Positions 12,290 through 21,420 of a stretch of DNA of 64,000 bases are shown here, in pieces (position 1 is the first letter of the stretch; each line of letters starts with the position of its first letter). A model generated the notes under the pieces. It worked only from the letters and a program-made list of their open reading frames with translations. It had not been told where the DNA came from and searched no databases. Source of the DNA: an uncultured Nitrososphaeraceae archaeon (GTDB lineage: Archaea; Thermoproteota; Nitrososphaeria; Nitrososphaerales; Nitrososphaeraceae); assembly GCA_963729045.1 (NCBI GenBank), contig CAVSMN010000014.1, forward strand, positions 32,001 through 96,000, in the 5' to 3' direction. A program made the translations under genes and the position numbers.

Positions 12290-13811
12290 TTAGTGAGATG
12301 GGGGTACATAATTCTTCAGGTCTTCACCATTGACAACATCTTCCTCAGGTGGTACATAGTCCACAACTCCATGTCGCTTGAATCCTGGATCCTTCTTCTG
12401 AGTAAGCAATGCTACGATTATGAAAAGAACAAACGATACTATGGGTGGTATAAAAGTATCTAATCCTGCATACTCTGGTGGGGTAGTATAATACAATACC
12501 AATCTTAGGGTGGACCCTACCACAATTGATGCGATTGCAGCCGGCCAGTTTGCCTTCTTCCAAAACAGACCTAATGTAAGTGGAGCCCATAACCCTGCAA
12601 ATACTATATCAAATGCAAGTATTAAATAAATTCCTGGACGAGGGATTGCTGCTCCGAGGAGAAGACCTGATAGCATTACTGGTATCGTTACACATCGAGT
12701 TAATATAAGCAACTTTTTATCCTCTATTCCGGCTTTTTTGAATAATGATCTAAGGATGTCTCTTTGAATCAAGTTTCTCGCTATAACACTTGAGATCGCA
12801 AGAAGACCACCGTTAGCAGTTGACATAGACGCGCCTAAAACTCCCATTAGTAAAGCAGCTCCTATTGGAAACGGAAGTAGGTTGATAGCAAGTAGAGGAT
12901 ACACTGTGTACGGATCTTCTATGTCTGGTAACATGTATAACGCAATTATTCCCATCATACTCGTAGGTACAATAATTGAAATTGTTAAAATTCCAGCCAT
13001 GAATGCACCTCTTCGAGCTGTCTTGCCATCTCTTGCTGAAAATACTCTTTCCATAAAATCAAGTGCTACTACATCACCAAGACCCAATGCTATAATTCCT
13101 GCCCAGTTTACCAAAGCCCCGTTTTTAGGATCGGTTAGACCGGACAAATCCAAATAGCTCTCTGGCGTGGCAGACAAGAATAGTTCCTAAATCCACTCCT
13201 CCAAATCCAAAGGCAAAATACAGAAATGCTGCCCAGAATGCTCCGATAGTTAAGTAAACCTGGAAAATATCTGTATACGCAGAAGAAAATAACCCTCCCG
13301 CAAACGTATATACCAATACCGCCAATGAAACAATTAGCATACCCCAGAAAAGTGGAATGTGCAAGACAGTTGACAGTATAAATCCCCCTGCTGCAAAATT
13401 CCCTGCAACTAATATTATGAAACTTAAAGACAAAAGTATGGATGACATTCCCTCTGCGCCAACACCATATCTTCTATAATAAAAATCTGGAAGGGTGAGC
13501 ATGGACATTTTGTTTACCCTTTTCGCATAGAAAATTCCTGTTATTATTAAACAAGATGCCAATCCAATTGGTATCGCAGCTCCAGCCCAAAAACCAAATT
13601 GATAAACAAGTGCCACGTTACCTAAGGAAGAGTTACCATCGATTGATTGAGCTGAAAGCATTGTTCCTACAAATATTAACGGTAGGCTCTTTCCTGCAAC
13701 CATGTATCTTTTGCTACTTTTTTTTACCATCATGGAAGTTAATACTCCCACAGACAGGACCAGCCCCATGAACGAGAGAACTGCTATACCATAAGCATCT
13801 ATGAAAACCAA
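12290..13811 (-). CDS. Sodium:solute symporter (SSS/SLC5) family transporter (frameshift at ~13178)
   Basis: YMVAGKSL, TLPDFYYRRYG, YTFAGGLFSSAYTDIFQ and ASMSTANGGLLAISS motifs; about 13 TM segments. Confidence 0.9.
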
Positions 13812-14026
13812 TGTTATTGGTATTTAGTTAGTAAATATATAAATATTATTAATTTAATGAATACTATTTTTTTTGATTCCTTTTTCATAAATAATTTCGG
13901 AAACTTTGCTTCAAAAAATGAAATTTCCCGATCTGTATATCTGACGCTATGTTATTTGACTGGTTATTCCTTATGTATGGTGGTTATACCACTAAGATCA
14001 ATACATAATATGTTATGGCAAGAAAA

Positions 14027-14111
14027 GACGTAAACTACGTCAAATGTAATAATTGTGAATATTAAGCATAATATATTCGGTTGTCGAACTTTTTTTTAAA
14101 CGTAGTTTACT
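14027..14111. promoter_or_regulatory. Pair of palindromic operator-like boxes upstream of the ureohydrolase
   Basis: GACGTA-AAC-TACGTC at 14027-14041, and ACGTAGTTTAC at 14100-14110 (exact reverse complement of 14030-14040), just upstream of a TTTATTAA TATA-like box. Confidence 0.55.
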
Positions 14112-14157
14112 TAACAATATTTATTAATTATTCATAGACATAATAATTAGATATTAT

Positions 14158-15276
14158 ATGGGAATGGAATTTTACGGAGATTCTTACAAGGGAAATGACG
14201 AACCTATTTTTGTTGGCATACCTACTTTTCTAAAACTACCTTATGTCAAAAAAAATGAAGAATTGCAAAAGATAAAGCCTGACATCGCAATAGTAGGAGA
14301 GCCTTTCGATTTTGGAACTACGATAAGACCTGGTTCTCGTTACGGCCCAAGAGCAATTAGAGCTGCATCTACTGTTCCTTCTCCACCTTATGAACATTTC
14401 AACATTGAAACTGGGGTCGACCCGTTTGGAGTCTTTAAAGCTGTTGACTACGGTGATGTCAATATCTCTCCTGGGGATGTCATTGAGTCTCATAGACGGA
14501 TGACTAATAAAGTTAAAGAAGTTCTCGATATAGATGCAATCCCAATAATTTTGGGCGGAGATCATTCAGTGACCTTTGCAAACGTTCGTGCACTTTCTAA
14601 AAAATATAAGAACATAGGAATGATCCATATTGATTGTCATGCTGATTGCGCACCACAAGGACTTTGTGGATTCAAATATGATCATGGAGCTCACATTAGA
14701 CGAATCATGGAATTGGGATGTCTTAAGGGAAAAAATTATACGCTTATAGGTCCTAGAGGTTATTGGCCAGGACCAGATCTGTACAAATGGATGGCCGACC
14801 AGGATTTTCAGTGGTTTACGATGCTTGATGTGGAGGAATTAGGTATTGATCAGATTGCCAAAGAGGCTGCGGATAGGGCAAACGACGATGTTGATGCTGT
14901 TTATGTTAGTTGGGATATCGACACTTTTGATCCTGCGTACGCACCAGGAACCGGTGAACCAGAGCCCAATGGTCTAACTTCAAGGGAAGGGATGAAGCTA
15001 ATGAGATTATTATCAACTTCATTTGATCCAGATAGATTTGCATTCGATCTTGTTGAGGTTTCCCCAACATATGATGTAAGTGACGTTAATTCTTATAACG
15101 GAGGTATTACATCTGGGCTCGCAAATCGTTTGATAGTTGAATTAATGGCAGGGTTATCCTTGACCAAAAAGGGCGAATCTGAAGGAAAGCCTGTACGACC
15201 CAAATTTTATCGTGGTAAGGGAAATACATACGATTTTGGAAACGGTCCTAAAGCAAAGATACCAAAAAGAAAGTAA
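14158..15276 (+). CDS. Ureohydrolase (agmatinase/arginase superfamily), substrate uncertain
   Basis: RPGSRYGPRAIR, GGDHS, DCHAD, SWDIDTFDP, APGTGEPEPNG and EVSP motifs. Confidence 0.93.
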   Translation: MGMEFYGDSYKGNDEPIFVGIPTFLKLPYVKKNEELQKIKPDIAIVGEPFDFGTTIRPGSRYGPRAIRAASTVPSPPYEHFNIETGVDPFGVFKAVDYGDVNISPGDVIESHRRMTNKVKEVLDIDAIPIILGGDHSVTFANVRALSKKYKNIGMIHIDCHADCAPQGLCGFKYDHGAHIRRIMELGCLKGKNYTLIGPRGYWPGPDLYKWMADQDFQWFTMLDVEELGIDQIAKEAADRANDDVDAVYVSWDIDTFDPAYAPGTGEPEPNGLTSREGMKLMRLLSTSFDPDRFAFDLVEVSPTYDVSDVNSYNGGITSGLANRLIVELMAGLSLTKKGESEGKPVRPKFYRGKGNTYDFGNGPKAKIPKRK

Positions 15277-15658
15277 TGCATCTAATCAGAGTACATTGCT
15301 TTTCTTCACATCAAACTATCCATCACAATATTTTTTTGAGAGATGAAATCGATGAAACTATATTTTTTAATACATTCAAGATTATTGAAACAAAAATCAA
15401 AAGGCAATTAAGAATCAATTTAAATGAATCGATGTGGTTTTATTGCGGATGTGTCTTAAATCAATTACACTTGGGTACTGCATATAGATGAAATCAGGAC
15501 AAATTTATCTAAGATACTAAGTGAAGAAATGGTTATGATAGGAGTAGTGGAGTTAATGAAAAAAATTGAAATTGAAATAAAAATTGTTACAGGATCACAT
15601 TATTTCCCATAATATAAGATTAAGATTAGTAAAGCCAATACGGATGAGTAAAAATTAA
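15276..15658 (+). CDS. Stand-alone urease gamma-subunit-like protein (frameshifts at ~15480 and ~15607)
   Basis: RQLRINLNESMWF, then after a shift DEIRTNLSKILSEEMVMIGVVELMKKIEIE, then LVKPI. This parallels UreA RGLKLNYPEA..TVLTREDVMEGVPEMI..HNPI. Start overlaps the upstream stop (TAATG). Confidence 0.6.
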
Positions 15659-15799
15659 ACAGCAAATGCATCAAATCGTGTTTTATTTTTTGAAAATTGA
15701 TAACCAGTGCTGAAAAAAATTGTTGATATTTACTGTTGATATTTGAGTTTAAAACTTGAATTTGTTCCACCATTTTGTATCTATCTGATCAATAGAAAA

Positions 15800-17506
15800 T
15801 TAATAATAATGGTGATGGGGTCTTTGTTGTTTGCCCAACCTATCAAAGTAATGATCATGTTTTTTGTCTCCACCAGCATGCGAATGCTCTGTCCCATCCT
15901 CATGGGTATGAGTGTTCATTAGTGGTTTTTTGATAATAATGTCGTCTATATTTATCAAAAGACGGCTTACTTCTACGGCTGTATTGAGCACTTGCTCCTT
16001 TACAATTGTAGGTTCGATCACATCCCAATCCAGTTGAGATATTTTTCTTTCGTCTGAATTTAGTCCAAACCATTTAACCTTTTTACTATCAAAATTCTGA
16101 GATAGATTTAGTCTAAGTTGAATAAAAGCATCCATCAAATTCAACCCTGAATTTTTTGCAAGAATTAATGGAATTTCTTCTAATGCTTCGGAGAATTTAA
16201 GTAAAACTATTTGCTCCGTTCCTTCAATCATGTTTGCTCTTTTTCTTACTTGTTGTGCCATTAATGCTTCACAAGACCCACCTCCAATGACAATGGATGG
16301 ATGTTGGACGAATCTACTTATACTGGTAATAGTACTTTGAATTGCACGATGATATTCATCTAGCATCATTTTTGAATTTGCTCTGATTAAAATTGAAACT
16401 GTTTTAGGATTTATACATCCTTCTACAAATATCATCTTATCGCTCCCTATTTTCTTCTCATATACATTTTTGGCATATCCTACATTACTTTGTATGTTTC
16501 TAACATCTAAATCCTTTATCAGTTTTCCGCCTGTAGCTTTCTCTAGCCAATGAAGATCATTCTCTTTTACTCTTTTGACTGACATTATTCCAAACTTGGC
16601 CAAAAGATCCTGTGCCACCAAGTCTATTCCTTTACGGTTTATTACTACATTTACACCACTATCGATTATTTTTTGTATTTTGTTTCTCGTGATGTGGTTT
16701 TCTTCAATCCTAAATAGATACATCTGTTCTGGACTGCTGATTGATAATTGAGATTCTGTTTTTGTCGACCTTGCCTGAAGGTCTTCGTCTAGTAAAAGGA
16801 TTCGTGCATTTTTGACAAATTTAGGCATGAGATCACTATCTATTGTTTTATCAATCAGTACTCCATCAATCAGAATACTCTCTGATAAATTACCAATTTT
16901 TTCCTCAATTTTTATGTCATCCGCCTCTAAAAGGTAGTTATTATTAGAATATACAGTATTAATCGCATTAACGGTAATTTCTAAAATATTATTTAATTCG
17001 GATTGTGGGTCAGAGGAAAGCCTGACTTTTGTTCCTAAACACGTCCGTGCGAGTTTCTCAATGATTGTCCTATCCTTGCTACTTACTTTTCTTGAGATAT
17101 TGTGCAAGGTCTCTAGGGAATATTTGAGCCCTTTATCATATCCGTTAACAATAGTAGCTGGATATATGTTCATCGCCAACATCTCTTGTGCCTTTTCCAA
17201 AAGAGTAGCCGCAATTATGGCAGTTGTTAGTGTTCCATCCCCTACTTCGTTATCCACTGTATTAGTGGCATCGATTATCACTTTAGCTGCGGGATGTTGA
17301 ACATCAATCTTACGGAGGAATGTGGCACCATCTTTTGTGCATGTCGATTCACCAATTATGTCAATATAGATCTTTTCATTTCCTAAAGGACCATAGCAGC
17401 TCTCAATTAGAGATTTTATCAGCCGAGCGGCATGAATGTTATAACTCCTTACTTCTTTGCCACTTGTTCGCTGTGTATCATCAGGGATTAGTTTAGCATA
17501 GGACAT
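15800..17506 (-). CDS. Divergent group II chaperonin (thermosome-like) with His-rich C-terminal tail
   Basis: YGPLG, KDGATFL, EVGDGTLT, LEKATGG, TVSILIRA and GGGSCE motifs; ends NTHTHEDGTEHSHAGGDKKHDHYFDRLGKQQRPHHHYY. Confidence 0.9.
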   Translation of the reverse strand: MSYAKLIPDDTQRTSGKEVRSYNIHAARLIKSLIESCYGPLGNEKIYIDIIGESTCTKDGATFLRKIDVQHPAAKVIIDATNTVDNEVGDGTLTTAIIAATLLEKAQEMLAMNIYPATIVNGYDKGLKYSLETLHNISRKVSSKDRTIIEKLARTCLGTKVRLSSDPQSELNNILEITVNAINTVYSNNNYLLEADDIKIEEKIGNLSESILIDGVLIDKTIDSDLMPKFVKNARILLLDEDLQARSTKTESQLSISSPEQMYLFRIEENHITRNKIQKIIDSGVNVVINRKGIDLVAQDLLAKFGIMSVKRVKENDLHWLEKATGGKLIKDLDVRNIQSNVGYAKNVYEKKIGSDKMIFVEGCINPKTVSILIRANSKMMLDEYHRAIQSTITSISRFVQHPSIVIGGGSCEALMAQQVRKRANMIEGTEQIVLLKFSEALEEIPLILAKNSGLNLMDAFIQLRLNLSQNFDSKKVKWFGLNSDERKISQLDWDVIEPTIVKEQVLNTAVEVSRLLINIDDIIIKKPLMNTHTHEDGTEHSHAGGDKKHDHYFDRLGKQQRPHHHYY

Positions 17507-17680
17507 ATCTTGTTATAATTCTTGGAGTTTATATATGGTAACATCAAAAATGTATTTTACAAAAATTTGTAATTCGTTCTGAAAATATAAAAGTAGATTA
17601 CGTATTCGTTTTTTGGAACAAATGTGTAAATTCCTCTTTTTTGCAATACTTTTTTATAGTTATTAATTATTAATTCCTTA

Positions 17681-17974
17681 ATGCCAACTGTAACATCTAA
17701 AGTTGAAATTGAAAATGCTTCAAAGAATGCAATAAACGCCCTCTTTGGACCAAATGTTGAAAATTTTAGAATACGTGAAGTATTTCCATATTCTGAGGAT
17801 CAAATTGTAGCCCATAGCGAACAAATGGACGAGACGTCTCAACCAAAAGATGGATGGGATATTCAGGTTACATTCTTGTTAAACGGTCTTCAATATACAG
17901 TGGATCTCATCATTCATGAAAAAGATGGACAGGTAAGTTATTCTAGGGTCATTGACAAAATGGTTCCTCTCTGA
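17681..17974 (+). CDS. Hypothetical protein
   Basis: 97-aa ORF directly upstream of the USP gene. Confidence 0.65.
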   Translation: MPTVTSKVEIENASKNAINALFGPNVENFRIREVFPYSEDQIVAHSEQMDETSQPKDGWDIQVTFLLNGLQYTVDLIIHEKDGQVSYSRVIDKMVPL

Positions 17975-17981
17975 TTTTTAG

Positions 17982-18441
17982 ATGCTATTTAAGAATATTT
18001 TACTAGCTTTCGATGGCTCAACATGCTTCGTCAAAAGCAGCAGAATATGCAATTTACTTGTGTAAATTAGAAGGGGCACCTCTTACATTCTTACACATCC
18101 TTGATAATATTAAGCAAGGCGGGGTCATAGGTCTAAGAGCACGATATGGTGATACTAATTTGATTGATGGATACAAAAGGGCAAGAAGGCAGGACGCAGA
18201 AAAATGGATAAAACCAATTCAAGAGAGAGCCACAACAGAGGGTATCAAGAGTACCATTGCTATTTTAGATGATGAAAAAAATTCTAAAGTAGAAACAATC
18301 GTTCAATTTATAGAAAAAAATAATATTGATCTAGTTATTATGGGTTCGAGAGGATTATCTAAATTTAAACAAATGTTAGTTGGAAGTATTGCATCAGGGA
18401 TAATTAGTCATTCCAAATGCCCTGTGTTGGTAATCCGATAA
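17982..18441 (+). CDS. uspA: Universal stress protein (frameshift at ~18020)
   Basis: MLFKNILLAFDGS in the upstream frame; DLVIMGSRG..GS..CPVLVIR at the C-terminus. Confidence 0.9.
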
Positions 18442-18445
18442 CCAT

Positions 18446-19198
18446 CTACTTTTTTTTTAGATAGTTTAGGATTATTTCTTTTACAAAATCATTTACCTCA
18501 TGACCATTCTCTTTTGCCTTTTGCTCTAAAGAATTCCACAGGATTCTATCCTTTTCTTTGGAAGGATTAAAAACTAATCTTACTGTAAGTAGTCCTTTGG
18601 GAGCGCCTCTTTTTATCCCTAATCGGATGAGTTCTTCTTTCAATGCAGCAGGCTCGATATCTGCCAACTTTATCTGAACTTCAGATGGCTGTCTTGCTAT
18701 TTTTATGCCTTCATAAAGCGTAATTTCACCATTTTCTATTTTTTCCTGAATCTGATTTGGAAGGGTAAGAATGCTTAGCCATTCACTAATTGTGCTTTTC
18801 GGTAACCCGTATAAACGAGATACTCCTGTAATTCCAGACTTCGTCGATTCTACCAATTTTTTTACCATTCTTGCCTTTTCTAAAGGGGAGAGATCTTTTC
18901 TTATTAAATTTTCAAACAGAGAGGCTGCCTCTGCTTCTGCACCCTTTAATTTTGTAATAACTGCTGGAATTTCTTTCTCTCCTTTATTGTGGAGGGCTAA
19001 AAATCTTCTCCTTCCGATAAGTAACTTATATCTTTTAGTAAAATTATCAAATCGGACCACAACCGGTTGAAGTAATTCAAATTTTGCCAAATGTTCTTTC
19101 ATTAAGTTATCACTTGAATCTTTTCCAAATGAAAAATTCTTACGGACATTTTCATCTGCTACATCGATTAAATCAACCGGAATATTCTTGATTTTCAA
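18446..19198 (-). CDS. ParB/Srx-domain protein with central HTH and C-terminal RHH-like domain
   Basis: LLQPVVVR, YKLLIGRRRFLA and ENLIRKDLSPLEKA motifs; HTH GLPKSTISEWL; tail TVRLVF..LEQKAKENGHEVNDFVKEIILNYL. Confidence 0.85.
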   Translation of the reverse strand: MKIKNIPVDLIDVADENVRKNFSFGKDSSDNLMKEHLAKFELLQPVVVRFDNFTKRYKLLIGRRRFLALHNKGEKEIPAVITKLKGAEAEAASLFENLIRKDLSPLEKARMVKKLVESTKSGITGVSRLYGLPKSTISEWLSILTLPNQIQEKIENGEITLYEGIKIARQPSEVQIKLADIEPAALKEELIRLGIKRGAPKGLLTVRLVFNPSKEKDRILWNSLEQKAKENGHEVNDFVKEIILNYLKKK

Positions 19199-19359
19199 TC
19201 CTTATTACTTATTCATCTTTTATATTATTATTCATTTTGGTTTGAAGCCATTAGTTTGCCACTTTCTTTATTAATCGTATTATACGCATCAATCTTACGC
19301 CTATATTCGTAATTTACGGGATTCTAAACAATCCTTATATTAATTAAATTTGATAGTAA

Positions 19360-19629
19360 GTGATGCAAAGTTATCTCAAATCAAATGAAAAACTTGATCA
19401 TTATGATGAATTGAGTAAAGCGACTTTTTTATCTTACTTTATTTCTTTATATATTTCTACTATTGAACATAAGAATAGGAATGATAGTGTTTCAGTTAGT
19501 GAAATTTATGATTTTATACAAGATTTACAAGACGAATTGGATTTTAAAGTTCCTCATGTTGACAAAAGAGATATCAGTTTGTGCTTTTATATTTTAGACA
19601 AGTTGGGTGTATGTAGTTGTTTAAAATAA
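19360..19629 (+). CDS. Hypothetical protein, possibly winged-helix-like
   Basis: 89-aa ORF divergent from the ParB-like gene. Confidence 0.5.
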   Translation: MMQSYLKSNEKLDHYDELSKATFLSYFISLYISTIEHKNRNDSVSVSEIYDFIQDLQDELDFKVPHVDKRDISLCFYILDKLGVCSCLK

Positions 19630-19661
19630 ACACAAACTATTTTAAGAATAAATACAAAAAT

Positions 19662-20131
19662 TTGGTAACGAAAGTTCGATTACAGATGAAACCATCAATC
19701 TTGAAGAACTGGTAAAGTGTGGTGAAAAAGAGGCCAGTCGGAATAATTTTGAAAAGGCTCTAGATATTTTTGATAAGGCAATAAGGATAAATCCCGCATT
19801 TGACTCTGCTTACGGTGATAAGGCCCTAGTATTTGACAAGATGGGAAAATTGGATGAATCTTTAAAAATGTATTCTAAGGCATTGGAAATTAATCCAAAA
19901 AATTCGATAACGTGGCATAATAAGGGTTTAACCCTAATCAAAAAGAAAAGAATGGATGAAGCCATTAATTGTTTTGATAAAGCTATTTCTATTGATAAAA
20001 ATTATTCCAAGGCTTGGTATAACAAAGGAAGATGCCTTGAGATGCAGGGTAATTTGGAAAATGCACAGATTTGTCTAACTAAGGCTAGAAAATTAGATCC
20101 ATTCCTGTTTTCTAAAATTAAACTAAGATAA
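19662..20131 (+). CDS. TPR-repeat protein
   Basis: Repeated TPR units (WHNKG..A..CFDKAI, WYNKG). The frame is open upstream of 19841 with a further TPR (KALDIFDKAIRINP); the exact start is unclear. Confidence 0.85.
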
Positions 20132-20319
20132 AAGAGCAAATAATACCCCTTTTTAGTTCCTGTTTTGCTTTATTAAATTTCGACCAAATATTCTATTCAA
20201 TTTGTTACAGACTGTAAGTGCGACAAAAGATGATAAAAGCTGTATCTCTTAAAACATTATTATTAATGTATGTAAAAATAATTAGTAAAGTTTAATTTAG
20301 AGATTCTGTATTTATTTTC

Positions 20320-20679
20320 ATGAAAGAAATCAATGTTTATATTCGACCGAACGATCTTTCAAAAGTGACTGATATTTTACAAAAGCATAAGTTGGGTATT
20401 ACCTTTTTTGATATCCAGGGAACTGGTAGAACTCCACGATCTACCTCCGAAATTATTCATTCTTATCAAACCGGTAGAACCACAATACCTAAATTTATAG
20501 GCCGTGTCCTTGTGATTTCAATAGTTTCGGATTCGATTGTTAACCAAATCATTGAGGAGATGATGCGTAGTTTTGATATGCAAGAAGAACCATACGGCGT
20601 ACTCTTTGTAAAAGATGTGACTAATGCCTATGAATTAGGGACTGAGTTGAAAGGGGATGAAGTTCTAGTTTCAAAATGA
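20320..20679 (+). CDS. P-II family nitrogen regulatory protein (GlnB/GlnK-like)
   Basis: MKEINVYIRP, GITFFDIQGTGR and YGVLFVKDVTNAYELGT match the P-II pattern; the T-loop is divergent. Confidence 0.85.
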   Translation: MKEINVYIRPNDLSKVTDILQKHKLGITFFDIQGTGRTPRSTSEIIHSYQTGRTTIPKFIGRVLVISIVSDSIVNQIIEEMMRSFDMQEEPYGVLFVKDVTNAYELGTELKGDEVLVSK

Positions 20680-20960
20680 TCTAATTCTAATAAATGAACA
20701 ATCTTTTGAAAAAGGCTTTGCGTTTTCAAAATTATCTCGACGTCTTTTTCGGGTATCTTAATGTCTACTAACGGTTTTCTTTCATATCTTGGCTGCTCTA
20801 AGACATTAAGTCCGGTTTAATCAAATTACTATTTACAGTATTAGTTGAAGATAAGTAAATTAGGATCATGATAACAGCCATAGTCATTTTAATCTTTGTC
20901 ATGAGATCTAGTTTAACAAGATCTTAACCAATAATAGTCGGTCCTGATTATTGACAAGAA

Positions 20961-21240
20961 TTGACCAAAGAACTATCAGAAGAAGAAGCTTGGAATATTA
21001 TCAAACCTATCTGTAGAGAACTTGATGAATTGAGAAATGAAGGCCACTTGATAGTTTTTGTCTGGACTTCAAAATGAAAATGATGGAACCTATAAAATAA
21101 ACCTGCGGAGTAATCATTTGCATTTTGCGTCGCGAGGATTAAAGGATAGTATAGGTGATATATCATATGAGACTGGTAGAATCAGAATTGGTATGCGAGC
21201 TAATGGGATTCCGATAAACATATTCGTTGAACTATTTTGA
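20961..21240 (+). CDS. Hypothetical protein (frameshift in T-run at ~21055)
   Basis: LTKELSEEEAWNIIKPICRELDELRNEGHLIV joins LSGLQNENDGTYKINL when one T is removed. Confidence 0.55.
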
Positions 21241-21420
21241 TATGGGGGTTTTGTATTAGGTAAAATGGTCGGAATAATGAACCTAGTCATTAATTCTTGA
21301 TTTATGTAGAACATGTAGTACAGGATTTCTTTTACTAAAAATGGGGAATTTTGCCCTCAATTACGATTTTTCTTGCTAGATAGCCAGCTGCACTATGTGA
21401 GAGTGTGACAATTGGAGAAT

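Noticed and set aside
13811..14158. Guanidine riboswitch upstream of the symporter or ureohydrolase
   Set aside because: No ykkC-type or paired ACGR-hairpin motifs visible; the region is very AT-rich and the genes look leaderless.
20791..20880. MITE with GGCTG...CAGCC ends
   Set aside because: Only a 5-bp inverted match, no target-site duplication, and no second copy in the window.
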